From assembly GCA_003990765.1 (NCBI GenBank), contig RBNJ01000153.1, positions 1 to 39,056 on the forward strand: a DNA stretch of 39,056 nucleotides, written 5' to 3'. Shown here in pieces: positions 21,655 to 35,864 of the stretch. The position numbers and the translations under genes are program-made. Source of the stretch: Jimgerdemannia flammicorona (lineage: Eukaryota). Below the pieces are notes generated by a model, which was not told the origin of the DNA, made no database searches, and saw only the letters and a program-made list of their open reading frames with translations. Each line of letters starts with the position of its first letter. Within the stretch, counting starts at the first letter, position 1.

Positions 21655-24600
21655 AGAGATATATCTTGAGGCAGTTGATGTGTACTGGTGTCCTGAGGGT
21701 TCATCCATCTATGCTTCTTAAATAGATGCTAGTTCCTATGATGTTGTATACAAGATAGGGTCCTTTCCACTTGGGCTCCAGTTTGGTAGTAAAATTTGTT
21801 TCAATCATACTTCTTCCAACTAGTACTTGATCTCCAATTTTGATCTTCTGATCCTTCTGCTTCTGGTTATAGTACTTCTTTTGTCATTCTTGGGCTTTGA
21901 TAATTTAAACTCAGGTTTGATTACATAACTGTTCTGCCTTCTTAACAAGGACTCTGAGATTCTCATAGTCAGCAGTTCTGGTTTTCTTGACAAACAACAT
22001 TTTGAATGGCTTTTGTTTGGTGGAGGTAGCAGGAGTGTTCCAAATTTCCCATAGGATCACAGACAAGCATAGGTCCCAGTTGGTAGGATTGACTTGGGCA
22101 AGTCCTTTCTTGATGGTCTGATTCATTCTTTCTGTCATGTCATTGATCTGAGAGTGGTATGTTGTGGTCCATTTGAGGTGGATCTTGTAAATTCAGGTAT
22201 AACTTATAATTATATTTTTGATGAATTCTGTATCTCAGTCAGAGATAAGCTCTTCTGGGGGTCCATATCTGAGTGTGAGTACATGAAGAAGGTCTACAAT
22301 AGTTAAGACATATGCAATTTCCATTGGAAAAGCCTTGGGCCACTTTGTCAGATAATCTACAAATATAAAAATATACTTGTTTCTTCTTGATATAACTGGT
22401 AGAAGTCCAATTACATCTTCTCTCCATCTCTGAAAGACGTTGTCAGGTAGTATGATTGGTTGTAGTGGTGCTTGATAGTTCGTACTTCTAGCAGATATCA
22501 CATTTCTTAAGTATATCCTGGACTTGTATTCTAAGGAAGAGCTAATGTTGATATATTGTTTACAGCTTTTCTTCTATGTTTGCTTGTCCCTGGTGGGCTT
22601 TCTGATGTTCCTTTCAGATGAGATCTTCTTATGTCTTGATGGTCTGAGGAGCTTCCTTTAGGGTATAGTTCCTTAGAATACCTTTTGATTCATTAGGGTT
22701 AGCAAGAAAGTATATCAACATTGTTGTGAGCTTTCTCTGCTGTTTGGATGATGGTGATTTTATAATCCAGAAGGATAAGAATCCAGTCAGCTAGGATTCT
22801 GGTAGGTTCCTTATCATTCAATAGCCATTTAAGGGCTATATGGTCTATGAACAGGGTGAATCTTTTTCCAATAAGTTAATGCTTAAACAGGGTGACAGCC
22901 TATATAACTGTAAAGTATTCAAATTTGGTGCTACTATAATTCATCTGCTGCTGATCAGTAGCTCAGCTTGCATAAGCTATCAACTAGTATTGTTGGTCAG
23001 ATCCCTCTTGGGCTAGAACTGCTCTCAGGCCATTTTTGGAGTTATCTATATCCAAGATAAATGGCTTCTATAGATTTGGGTGGATAAGGATTAGTGCTGT
23101 AGTCATACTGTGCTTGAGTTCCTTGAAGGCTAGTTCTTGTAATTCTGTCCATTTGTAAGATACTCCTTTCTTGAGAAGGATTCGAATTGGGGCAGTGATT
23201 TGCACAGAGTCCTTGATAAACCTTCTATAGTAGGATACTAGCATCAGAAAGGATAGTATTTCCTTTGGGGTTTTGGGTACTGGCCAGTTGTTGATGTTCT
23301 CTGTTTTCTTTGGGTCTGCACGATTTCTTATTTCAAAACTATAAATCCAAGAAATTTAAGTTTCTGTTTTTCAAAGTAGCATTTCTTAGTATTGAGTCTC
23401 AGGTGGTTCTTGTGGGTGAGCTTGATGAATTCTTCTAGATGATGTAGGTATTCCTTGAAATTTGCTGAATAGATGTTTGAATCATCTATGTATACAATTA
23501 GACAGTAATGGATCAGGGAGGTATAGACTGAATTCATCATTCTCTGAAAGATTGGGGGTGTATTGCAAAGTCCAAAAGATATCTAGAGATATTCAAACAG
23601 TTTTCCTAGAGTAAGAAAGACTGTCTTTTGAATGTCTTTTGAGTCTATGGGAATCTTGTGGAATCCTGCAAAAAGGTTCATACTGTTGAAGTATCTGGCA
23701 TCTTGTAACTGAACCAAAAGGTCATCAATTGTGGGCAAGGGATAGGCATCCTTGTCAGTTACTGAATTGAGTTTTCTATAGTTAAAGCAGAGTCTCCTTC
23801 CTCCTTTCTTTGGTACAATAAGTATAGGGCTGGCCCAAGAACTAGTTGAGGGTCAGATGACTCCATTGTCTAAGAGTTCTTAAATGTGCTCCTTTTTGAA
23901 TATCTTTAGGTGATGGGGTATTCTATAGAGTGTCTGCCAGATGGGTATTGCATTTCTTATATTTATACTGTGGTGATATGATGGGTTATATGATAGGTTG
24001 CCATAGTCTATAATGAAGATATCTTGATATTTATTGAGGAGTTCTACTAGTTGTTACCATTGCTGGGGTGTCAATTCTTCTCCAATGTTGGTGGAAGGCT
24101 TCACTGTCTCCTGGATCACAGAGGGGCCTTTCCTTTCTGCTGGGACCTTTTGCCATTTCCTGATTGGTTTAGCTCATAGACTTCTCTGTTGGTTTAGTTG
24201 AGAAAGGGCACTAAATGTCCTATGATGGGTCCTTTTGACAGAATGATAGTTTCCCAACTTTGGTTGGTTCCTTGAGAGTGCACTAGATTTATCTTTTCAG
24301 GGAATGTGTGTCCTTCAATGTACAGATTCAGGATATCTTCATTAGGTTTGAAAAAGAGGTTTCTGGGATTGGGTGGTGCAAATATTTCGAAGGTGGTTTG
24401 CTATCCAGGCTCCAGGATGAGATTCTTGTGCAGTTTGACTAGTTGGTGGTATACTTGCTGGGGAATATGCCTCTTGAGGTGATTAATATGAAGGAGATAT
24501 ACTTTCTTCTTGTCTGAGCTTCCAAATTCTTTGGCCTGCCTTGTTCCTTCAATCAGTTCAGAGACTTCTTGTAATTGAGGAGTTTTGACTCTCATGAAGA

Positions 24601-24920
24601 CTGCTTGAGCAATCTTCTGTTCTCTCATGATTCAGTGCCATTCTGTACTACTATTGTATAGGATGACCTTGATTTTGCCTGTATATTCTGAGTCTATAGT
24701 TCCTCCTTCAATAGTTATTCCTCATCTGGTGAGTTCAGCTCTTGAGGTCAGTTGGATGTAAGTTCCTTAGAGTGACTGCATGGCTATTTTGGTTTAGATC
24801 ATCAGTGTTCTTCCAGACTTAATAGGTTTGTCCTCCAGATTGTGAAGGTCATACACTATATCCTCTTGGTGAGCTTTGGTCGGGGGTTTGGCTTTGGGAT
24901 GTAGCAGGGCATACTGGGCA
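21655..24920 (-). pseudogene. pol: Decayed pol (dUTPase 24515-24920, RT ~23100-24050, RNase H ~22710-23080, integrase ~21655-22500)
   Basis: IVYIDD, DYLTKWP, PEELISD, GMTERMNQTIK, KWKGPY, KIAQAVF..RQAKEFGS motifs; many stops. Confidence 0.9.
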
Positions 24921-25769
24921 ACATTCTTGCTAAATTCGGGCTGTCCTTGGGCTGAGGCTCTACTAGCAGGAAGTCTTTAGGCTCTGAGGTTGAGGTGCAG
25001 CCATTGGGCTCCAGTAGAAGGATCTCAGAAGTAATTGATTCCTCTTTTTCCTGTAGAGTCTAGGGCTTCCATGTATCTTCTATCCATTCTTGGCAGGTTG
25101 TATGTCTGATGAGAGCTAGGACATCTTCTCCCAAATTATAGATATTGAGGATCCTTCTTCCTGGCTTCTTGATGTGGCATATTTAGATCTGGCCTCTATT
25201 ATCTCCTCTCTTCAAGGTATAAATTGTGATATCCTGACTGAGATGAATCTTCTGGTGTCTGCAGTCTCAGCAATCTGGGTGTCTTCCATGGTTTTAATAT
25301 CCCATTGCTTGAAAATGCTGTTCCCAGTTATTGATCTCTTGTTGTCTTGGGAATTAGTATCCATCTTGATCATAAGTTGGGGGAAGGGTAGACAGGGGAT
25401 ATACCTCTATTCAGGTGAAGAGGCCTTGTTCTCTAGATCAGCTTTGCAACTTGGTAGTAACTTCTTAGAAGGTGGTTGACCATGTAACTGTGGTTGGAAG
25501 TTCTAGTCTTTGTACCAGAAATTGAATACTTTTGGAGAACACCCACACTATACAAATTGCTGCTACACCCAGAGAACTGTCCCAATAAGAAAATTGCCAG
25601 AATCACTCACAGATATTCAGTTTTGACTATTATACCACTAAATACCAACAAGGACCCAAGGAATCTTAGAACATTTTATTACTTTTAACAAAGTAACTGG
25701 GGGCTCAAGCCAAACTACATCAATTTCCAACCTTGTAATTTATCTCTATTGAGCCAGGCACATTACATT

Positions 25770-25786
25770 TGGGGGCTCAACTGGGA
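25770..25786 (+). other. Primer binding site, tRNA-Pro type
   Basis: TGGGGGCTCAACTGGGA two bases after the LTR end; resembles the tRNA-Pro PBS TGGGGGCTCGTCCGGGA. Confidence 0.75.
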
Positions 25787-26317
25787 AGATTTCAAATTGA
25801 CATGACTTTTCAGCTCACAAGATCCCACAATCAAACTGGATAAATTTGATACAACACCAATCTCTGCCACCACAGGAGAACCTGTTATCACCAGAATCTG
25901 GACAGAAAGAGAAGTAATCACCTCAAGACTTGCCAACTATCCAGCATCAGAAGGATCCCAACCAGAAACCAGTACAGCCCAAAATCCCCAACCAGAGCAA
26001 CTAGACAACACAGGTGACCCTGTTAGAGACTTTGGAGAACTTGTCCAGGAACTAGAAGATATCATTACATAAGCCTGAAACTGCACAGCCAGATACCCCA
26101 CAGTAGTTCCACCAATCTCACCCATAGAACCCTTACTATCATCTCTTGCAGAACTGGAAGTAGCTCTTATAAAAATACCTAGGCTCATTCTACTTCATCC
26201 AAGGTCCAGAACACCTTCTTAAGATATCCAAGCACCTCCATTTCCAGTGATATTTTAGAAAGTGAATCCGAATCAGAATTCAGACCAGAACCAGAATCAG
26301 AAGAAAGTGACAATGAA

Positions 26318-28190
26318 ATGGCCACCTCATTACCAACCTTTGCAGGATATCTAGAGGAAGACCCTAGAGAATTTCTTGATGGAATTAAAGGAGTCACAGT
26401 CCTGAGGAATCTCTCAGATGAAAGAAAAATCACCATCTATAAGGTCCAACTCAGAGAACCAGCCAGAGGAATTTTCCACTGAACAACAAATGACCCCCAC
26501 TCAGAACTGGTAGCATAAATACAAGCAGCAGCATCCTATGAGCTGGAATATGTAGCCATGGTCCACTGGCTTATCAAAAAATATGCAGGAAATGAAATCT
26601 GCCACAAAGCCCCAGAATCCATTATAGGAATGAAGATGAATTTTAGAGAATCACCCAGAGCTTTCTTCATAAGAATCCAGAAGAGAATGTATGCAGCCAG
26701 ATTCGATGCCACCAACCAAGACATCATAGGTCCAATAACCTTCATGAATGGGATTCCCCCAAACATTACCCAGCATATCTGCACTCTAGGCATCAGAAGG
26801 TCTGAAGAGCAAGTAGATGCAGCCCAAGGATTCTTTGATATCAGACAAGAAACTACCTGGAGTGATCATGACAAGAAAGAATATAAAGAAGACATCCTGG
26901 TCAAAGCCCTACAATGACCTCTTTAAGGACAAGAGAGATCCAAAGAAAGAAGGCCAGCCAAAGAAGAAAAGAAGGACAAAAGTGAAATTCAAGACCTCAG
27001 CTCCAAGTTGGACTGATTGGTTGGACAGATTGAAAACTTACCATATGTGAAAATCGGAGTTATCAAGATAACAGAGGATATCTGCCCCAAAGGAGCCAAG
27101 TTATCCTCCAAGAGATAATAGGTGCTACCAGTAAGAGAAAAGAAAATACCCTGTCTGAGACAGAGCCCAAGTTCAATACTTCCACTGTGGATAATTTGAA
27201 CACTATGCCACTGAATGTGACAACAAAAAAAGTGACCAAAGAGACTCAGAATCACCAAACTGAAGAAATGACACTTAGTACAAGGAGACTGAAGTCCATC
27301 CTGTTGAAGATTTTGAAGAAGCAAGCAACAGTGAAGACTACAGTGACCTAGACTTGTACCCTATCAAGATTACTACTCAGAAAACAGTCTACCCAGCAGA
27401 AAAAAGAAAGAGACCTGTAGGAAGGCCATCTAGGAATATCAGCAGAAGAATTATCCAAGAAGAAGATGAAGACCATGAAGAAGAACAAGTAGAAACACCT
27501 CCCCAGACTCTCTCACCTTTTGTCTCTGAGACAAATGAACTACCTCCAGAGGATGAAGAAATGGAACAAGAGGAATGAGAGCCTGCTGCCCCAAAGCCTA
27601 AGAAGAAGTACACCTGAAAGACCATGTCCAGAGACTACAATGAAGCCTGGCAGAATATTCAAGAAGCCAAGATGGAGGTTCCCCTTTTGCAGTTTCTGCA
27701 ACTGACACCAGCTGGAGTCTGAAACAAATTGATGAGAACCACCAGGTCTAGCACTGGCTGAGTTCCAATCCCACAACAAGAGCCAGCTTCCATTCCTATC
27801 TATGCTGCAGAAAGACATATCAGCACTTACCTATTGGAGGCCAAAAGGCGAAAATCCTTATAGATACAGGAGCAGCTGTCTGTGTCATTGCAAACAATTC
27901 CTGGACACCCTTCAATGGCCCATTGATGGACCATCCAACCTCAGCATCATAGTAGAAAATGGAACCTGAACTCAACCTCTTGTAGAAGTATGAAATATTA
28001 CTATTTCTCTTGGACACATTCAGTTCTCTATCTCGAAAGCTGTTGTTACTGAGGCTGTTACCTATGATATGATCCTTGGCACCAACTGGATAAAGGAAAT
28101 GAATACAGTTGTTGATATCAATGAACAAGTACTCAAGTTTGATTACTGAGGCAAGAAGTACAGAGTCAAGGTGACCAGCTATGAGCAATT
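26318..28190 (+). pseudogene. gag: gag and aspartic protease relic
   Basis: MATSLPTFAG..EDPREF, KMNFRESPRAF (major-homology-like); KILIDTGAA at ~27851-27877 and DMILGTNWI. Confidence 0.82.
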
Positions 28191-29459
28191 AAAAAAGAAG
28201 AAAAAGGTCATGACCTAGAAGAAATATGCCAGTAGTGAAGAATCTACCATAGAAGAGAAAGAAGAATCTGAAGATGGAAATTATCCCAGACTCAATCTCT
28301 GAATCAACCTAGTGGATGATAGGCCAGAAGACAATATATGGGTCAAGAATACTATTCCCATTACCATTGGAGCTATTGCAGGCGAAATCTAAGGATGCCC
28401 CACCTGCCTCAAGAGACACAAGTGCCCCAAGCACTCCTCCAAGATCATTGGGACAAAAAATTCACCTAGCATAGCCTGCTCTGAGTGCAGAAGGAAGAAG
28501 ACAAAATGCAAATATTTTCTAGAAATACCTGCAGCTGAAGCCACAGATGTCCAAGCAATCTGGAGACAAGAATCATCTGAGGAAGAAGAAGCTCTTGACC
28601 AAGAAGTTCCTGAACAAGAAGCACCTAAAGAAGAAGAGGTCTCTGAACTCATTCCCAGGGATGACCCTTATTGGACACCATCTGAAGATAATGACCCTTG
28701 GAATATAGAAGAAGGATCCAGCATAATCCCCATTATTCCCAAGAAAGAAACTTACCAAGTAAGGGCATTTTGGCTAGGGAGATGCCCACACCAAATGGTC
28801 TTCTACTCTCCCTGAGACTACTGTTATCAGTGCCATCTACTTGATCAGCAAGAAAGACAGAGACCCTAAAGACCAGAACCCCTAACTATAGTTGCACAGT
28901 CAACTACCTTCCAAGAAGTTATCACTAGGTTGCAAAGCCAATTTAGAGGACAAGGCCTTTTCACACAAACAGAAGTATACCCCTTATCCATGCTTTCTCC
29001 AACTTATGACTAAGATGAGTACTGATTCCAGAGACAACAAGAAATCAACAACTGGAAACATCATTTCTGAGCAATGGGATATTGTAATTATGAAAGACAC
29101 CAAGACTCCCGAGACTGCAGACATCAGAAGATTTACCTCTGTCATGATGTTGCAATCCACACCTTGAAGAGAGGAGATAACAGAGGCCAGATTCGAAAAA
29201 TCCAAACTGAGAAGCCAGAAAGAAGGACCCTCAAGATCTACAATTTAAGAGAAGACATCCTAGCTCTCATCAGATATATAACTCACCAAAAATGGGCAGA
29301 AGATGCCACCAAATTCATGGAAGCCCTAGAACCCACAGGAAGAAGAGGAATTAACTATCTCTGAGACTCCTCTACAGGAGCCAGATGGCCACACCTTAAG
29401 AGGCTCTCTGCCTGTAGAGCCACAGCTCAAGGACAGCCAGAAATCAGTAAGGATATTGC

Positions 29460-32400
29460 CCAGTATGCCCTGCTACATCCCAAGGCCAAACCTCTGACCA
29501 AAGTTCACCCAGAAGATGTAGGATATGATCTTCACAGTCTGGAGGATTAATCCATCAAACCTGGAAAAACATTCATGATCAGAACTGGACTAGTTATGCA
29601 GTCACCTCAAGGAACCTATATTCAACTAACCTCAAGATCTGGACTTGCCAGATAAGGAATAACCATAGAAGGAGGAACTATTGACCCAGGATATATAGGC
29701 GAAATTAAGGTCATTCTATATAACAGTAATACAGAATAGCACTGAATCATTAGAGGACAGAAGATTGCCCAAGCAGTCTTCATGAAGGTCAAGACCCTAT
29801 AACTACAAGAAGTCTCTGAACTGACAGAAGGAACAAGACAAGCCAAAGGATTCAGAAGTTTAGACAAGAAGGAAGTACATCTCCTTCAAGTCAACTACCT
29901 CAAGAGGAATATTCCCCAGCAAGTGTACTGCCAGCCAGTCAAACTGCACAAGAACCTCATCCTGGAACCTGGAGAGCAAACCACCTTCGAAATCTTTGCA
30001 CCACTCGACCCCAGAAATCTCTTCTTTGAACCCAATGAAGATATCCCACACCTGGATATAGAAGGACACACCTTCTCCAACAAGATGAACCCAGTACATT
30101 CTCGAGCAACCAACCAAGTTGGGAAACCATCATCTTGCCAAAAGGAACTATCATAGGACATCTGGTGCCTTTTCTTAACCAAACTCATAGAGAAGTTTAT
30201 GAACCAAACTTATTGGGAAATGGCAAAAGGTCCCAGAAGAAAGAAAAGGCCCCTCTGCAACCCAGAAGACTGTGAATCCTTCCACTAACATTGGAGAAGA
30301 ATTAACACCCCAACAATGGCAACAACTAGTAGAACTCCTCAACAAATATCAAGATATCTTCACTACTGATTATGGCAACCTACCATACAACCCATCATAT
30401 CACCACAGTATAAATATAGGAAATGCAACAGCTATTTGGCAGAAACCCTATAGAATACCCTATCACTTAAAGACATTTGAAAAGGAGTACATCTAAGAAC
30501 TCCTGGACAATGGAGTCATCTGACCCTCAACTAGCCCTTGGGCCAGTCCTATACTTATTGTACCAAAGAAAGGAGGATGGAGACTCTGCATTGATTACAG
30601 GAAACTCAATTCAGTCACCAAAAAGGATGTCTATCCCTTGCTCAGAATCAATGACCTTTTGGATCAGTTATAAGATACCAGATACTTCAGCAGTATGGAC
30701 CTTTCCACAGGATTCTATGAGATCTCCATAGACCCTAAAGACATTCAAAAGACAGTCTTTCTTATTCTAGGAAAACTGTTTAAATACCTCTAAATGCCCT
30801 TTGGACTTTGCAATGTACCCCCCCACCTTTCAGAGGATGATGAATTCAGTCTCTGCCCCCTTGATTCACCACTGCCTGATTGTATACTTAGATGATTCCA
30901 ATATTTATTCAGCAAATTTTGAAGAACACCTGCAATATCTAGAAGAATTCTTTAAGCTCACCCATAAGAACCACCTGAGACTCAATGCAAAGAAATGCTA
31001 CTTCAGGAAACAGAAACTTGAATTCCTTAGATTCATAGTTTTGAAAGAAGAAATCCATTCAGACTCAAAGAAAACTAAGAAGATCAACAATTGGCCAGCA
31101 CCCAAGACCTTGAAGGAAACACTATTATTCCTGATACTAGTATTCTACTATAGAAGGTTTATTAAGGACTTCACCCAAATAGCTGCCCCAATCTGAGCCC
31201 TTCTCAAGAAAGGGGTACCTTATAAATGGACAAAATCATAAGAGAAAGTCTTCAAAGAACTCAAGAACCACATGACTACAGTACCAATCCTTGTGTGCCC
31301 CAATCTACAGAAGCTATTCATCTTATATATAGATGCTTTCAACATTGGCCTAGGAGTAGTTCTAGTCCAAGAAGGATCTGACCAACAATACTATATGATA
31401 GCTTATATAAGCCAAGCTACCAATTAGCAGCAGATGAACTATGGTAGCACTACACTGGAATGTCTTGCAGTTATATGGGCAGTCACTCTGTTCAAGCATT
31501 ACCTCATCAGAAAAAGATTCACCCTGATTACAGATCATATAGCCCTCAAATAGCTATTCAACTGTAAGAAATCCACTAGAATTCTAGACTGCTAGATCCT
31601 TATCCTTCAGGATTACAAAATCACCATCATCTACAAAGCAGAGAAAGCTTACAACAATGTTGACGTACTTTCCCATCAGCCCCAATGAACCAGAAGAAGG
31701 GTGTCCCAAGGAACTATACCCTAAAGGAAGCTCCTCAGACTATCAAGGCACAAGAAGATCTCATCCAAAAAGAATACCAGAAAGCCCACCAAGGACAAGC
31801 AAACATAGAAGAAAAGTTGTAAACAACACACCAACATTGGCCCAATCTCAGAACACAAGTCTGGGACATACATACTTAAGAAAAGTAACACCTGCCAGAA
31901 GGACCAAGGAAGGAAGAACTACCAAGTACCACTGCAACCAATCATACTACCAGACAATATCTTTCAGAGATAGAGAGTAGATGTAATCAGACCTCTACCA
32001 GTTAGACCAAGAAGAAACAAATATATCCTTATATTTGTGGAACATCTAACCAAGTGGCCCAAGGCTTTCCCAATAGAAATTGCAGATACCTTGATCATTG
32101 TAGGTCTTCTCCATAGACTCACACTCAGATATGGACCCACAGAAGAACTTATTTCTGACTAAGGCACAGAAATCATCAATAATATAATTATAAGTTATGC
32201 CTGAATTTACAAGATCTACCTCAAACAAACTACATCATACCAATGGTATGACAGAAAGAATGAACCAGACCATCAAGAAAGAACTTGCCCAAGTTAATCC
32301 TACCAATTGGGACCTTTGCTTACCTGAGATCCTATGGGAAATTCAGAACACCCCTGCTACCTCTACCAAACAAAAGCCATTCAAAATGATGTTTACCAAG

Positions 32401-32740
32401 AGAACCAGAACTGCTGACCACGAGAATCTTGGAGACCTCCTCAAGAAGGCAGAATAGTTACTTAATCAAGCCTGAGCTCAGATTATCAAAGCCCAAGAAA
32501 GACAAAAGAAGTACTATGACCAGAAACAGAAGGATCAGAAGATCAAGATTGGAGATCAAGTACTAGTTTGAAGAAGCATAATTGAAACAAATTATGCTGC
32601 CAAACTGGAGCCTAAATGGGAAGGATCTTATCTTGTATACAACATCAGAGAAACTAGTATCTATTTAAGAAGTATGGATGGATGGACCCTCAGGACACCA
32701 GTACACATCAACTACCTCAATATATGCTCTCCTATTATAA
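29460..32740 (+). pseudogene. pol: Decayed pol (dUTPase 29460-29860, RT ~30290-31200, RNase H ~31310-31670, integrase ~31750-32740)
   Basis: [43 protein letters not shown] (30885-30896); IDA..GLG, ITDH; TKWP, NGMTERMNQTIK, KWEGSY. Confidence 0.92.
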
Positions 32741-33281
32741 ACTAAACAATTAACTAGTACCTCTAGACCCTTGTTCTGAGTTCATTCCAATCACTTCCTT
32801 CCACAATTCCAACAAGCCAACAGAAACTCCCTTCAGCAAATCCAGACCCATCTAGAGAACCTCACCTTGGCCAGATATTTACTACAAGTCCACCAGCTAC
32901 AGGCTTACTATACAATTGGAGAATGGTTGCAGAACCTCCCAGCAGCAGACCTAACCTACATCAGAAGCTCCACTGGCCTTACTCAGAAAAATATCACTGC
33001 TGTAGATAGATTGTATACAATTTACAAATAGAATATCCCAGCATTAATGCAAGTACAATTCCTTCTAAATGACATCCAAAACATGAATCCTACCATCTAA
33101 TGGAGCATCATCAACCATAATAAAATTCTGTTTCCAGAGAAAGAAAAAGAACCTGTTGGATGGAGTGACTCTGATCCAAACAAAGATACTGGTTCAGGTA
33201 TTAATGCTGAAGATACTTATGCACATTGGAATGATGACTAAAGAATTGTCTGAGGACAAACCATTCTTTAGTGGGGGCTGA

Positions 33282-34791
33282 TGTGACAAGCAACAGAATT
33301 GTACCACTGAAATCATAAATTAGCCATATACTATATTTAGTACACTAAGCAATCAAGACTGCTTTACTGTGATAACCTGTATATTTAGCCAGAGATACCA
33401 GAAACAGTATGTTTATCTGTACCCTCCAGGTATACTGTACCCTCAAGATACACTGTACCCTCTAGGTAGACTGTACCCTCAAGGAACACTTGCCATAGTT
33501 AGCAATCTATAGTTTGCAATATTGTAATCAGTAGTAACTACAATTGTATAAAATACTCCAGAGACAAGAGTGAATAAACCTCAGTCTGAAATTCAGAATA
33601 CATTTCAACTTCAGTTCACTTTCCAATACAAAGAAGAGTCCAAAATTCAAAGCAAAAGATAAGTTTGCCTACAACACTTCAAGAGGAACTCTACAGCCAC
33701 TACTAGGAGATTGTAAGCTTTGCCATTTCCACTCTAGTCTATTTTCTGATACAAAAGATTGGTATACTTGCCAGGCTAAGCCAGAAGAGAAGAGTCCAAA
33801 ATACAAATACCAAAGAAGTCTCTAAATATTGAGTATTGGTCTCCTTTCCACTCTGGTCCACTTTCCAATATAAAGTCTTGGTTTGATTTCCAGATAAGCC
33901 TGAAGTTTTGCTGCCAAGTTCAAGGAAGAACTTCACTGCCTTTGAAGAGAAATCTACTGCTTAAGAAATAAGCCACTATTTCTAAGTTATCCACATTCCC
34001 AGAGAGCCTACTTTAAGAAACCTTGCCACAAGCCAGTCTATCTGATGCAACTTTGTAGTAGAGCTAGTCTAATAATGTAACTTTATGTAAATATAGCCAG
34101 TCTTTGACAAACTTACTAAGAATCTGCATTATCCAAGGTATCAGAGCTATCAATACCATATGAGTTATTAGTTTGTTCCCAGTGAGCCTGATTCAGAGAA
34201 TCTACCAGTAGTATTATTCCCAGTAAGCTGCCAATTCAGGAAGAATCTACACCATCCTCTATTCCCAGTGAGCCCAGTATAGAAGAATCTGCAACATTTA
34301 AGAAATCCACTAATTTAGGAGAATCTGCACCAAATCAAGTTATCTGCCAAATCCATATAAAGAATATCACTAAGATCATCCTGCATAAGGAACTACTGCT
34401 CTATACAGAAATCATTGTGCTATACAGAGATTATCATACAGAGATCACATAAGAAAACCACCAAATTGCCAGACCATCACACATAAAGAACCCACCACAC
34501 TATATAGAGATTGTCATACTATACAAGAGATTGTCATATCAGAAATCACATAATTTTGGAGAATGCCTATACCACACAAATCGCTGCTACACCCAGAGAA
34601 CTATCCCAATAAGGAAATTGCCAGGATTGCTCACAGATATCCAGTTTTAACTATTATACCACTAAACACCAACAAGGACCCAAGAAATCTTAGAACATTT
34701 TGTTGCTTTTAACAAAGTAACTGCAGGCTCAAGTCAAACTGCATCAATCTCCAACCTTATAATTTGTCTCTATTGAGCCAGGTACATTATA
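33282..34791 (+). repeat. 3' LTR (~1.5 kb)
   Basis: TGTGACA start after the PPT; ends CATTATA (decayed CATTACA); last ~260 bp match 25512-25767; TATAAAA at ~33547 and AATAAA at ~33573. Confidence 0.9.
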
Positions 34792-35864
34792 CTATATAGC
34801 AAGTTGCTATCTCAATTCAGATTATTAATGTGCTCAACTTATTCACAGAATCTCTTCTTGGGCTTTATTTATATGTATATTAAATAGCTAAGATTTGAGA
34901 TGAAATTAATTTGATAAGAATTCTTTTAAATGATAATTATATAAATCTTTTATATATTATAAGCTTTATTTACTAGTTCATTAATATAAAAAGAATATCT
35001 TATTATGCTTCACAGTTATTTATAATATTGTAACCTTGAATCTATACTTTTAGTTTTATATACTTTGCCAAATCACACTCCTTTAGAAGATTACTTATAT
35101 GGAATATTCAAATGATATATGTAATTCTTATCATTAAAGACTAAGATAGACCTCTTGACTGAATTTAAACTCACTATGGAAACTGTGACTACTGTTATAT
35201 CTATATTGAGAGTATCTGTTTCTATTATAGCTGTATTTGATATCTTAGTTTAGTTGTTTTTAGAGAATTATATTATAGCTACTTAGTTTATATTATAGCT
35301 ACTTAGTACTAGTAGGACTCATAACCTTTATTATGAATATGAAGTAAATATTGGAGAAAGAGTGAAGAAGAGTATTGTTTTTTATTGTTAAAGATAGAAA
35401 TCATTCACTTTATTATTATTGGTACTACTGTAGGAATGGTCATAATTGTGACTATTATAATAGGTATACTTATACTACTGTTATCAATTTTGGGTCTCAT
35501 TCTATTTAAACTACTTAGTAGGCTTATATTAGATATATCTGGTAGATTTGAGATCTTCTACACATAGTACAGCATATATGTTAGAGAAGTGTCTTTATTA
35601 TTATCAACTTTTGCTAGTGGGGCTCATAATTTTTATTCTAAAATACTTGGAAAAAAACAGATAGAGCGAAGTAAGAAGCAGCAATTGGTTATTGATACTA
35701 GCTTATATACTTTTATACATATAGATGATATTTATTAATATAGTCAGACTGTGGCTGTACTACTATACATCAAGTTACTATAACTAAAATATTTCAATAA
35801 AATGGTTTATATATAACTAATAAATAATAGATAAATATATTTGGTTAATATTAAGAAAGAGAGC

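Larger units (their letters stand above)
11609..25510 (-). mobile_element. 5'-truncated Ty3/gypsy copy (dUTPase-RT-RNaseH-IN, 3' LTR split by the Ngaro element)
   Basis: LTR pieces 11609-11957 and 20034-21096 match 33282-34791 and 36285-37747; internal 21097-25510 is the reverse complement homologue of ~28860-33281; decayed PPT at 21097-21112. Confidence 0.88.
25512..34791 (+). mobile_element. Near full-length decayed Ty3/gypsy element (gag-PR-dUTPase-RT-RNaseH-IN)
   Basis: Partial 5' LTR ~25512-25767, PBS 25770-25786, PPT AGTGGGGGCTGA, 3' LTR 33282-34791; RT-RH-IN order is gypsy-type. Confidence 0.93.
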
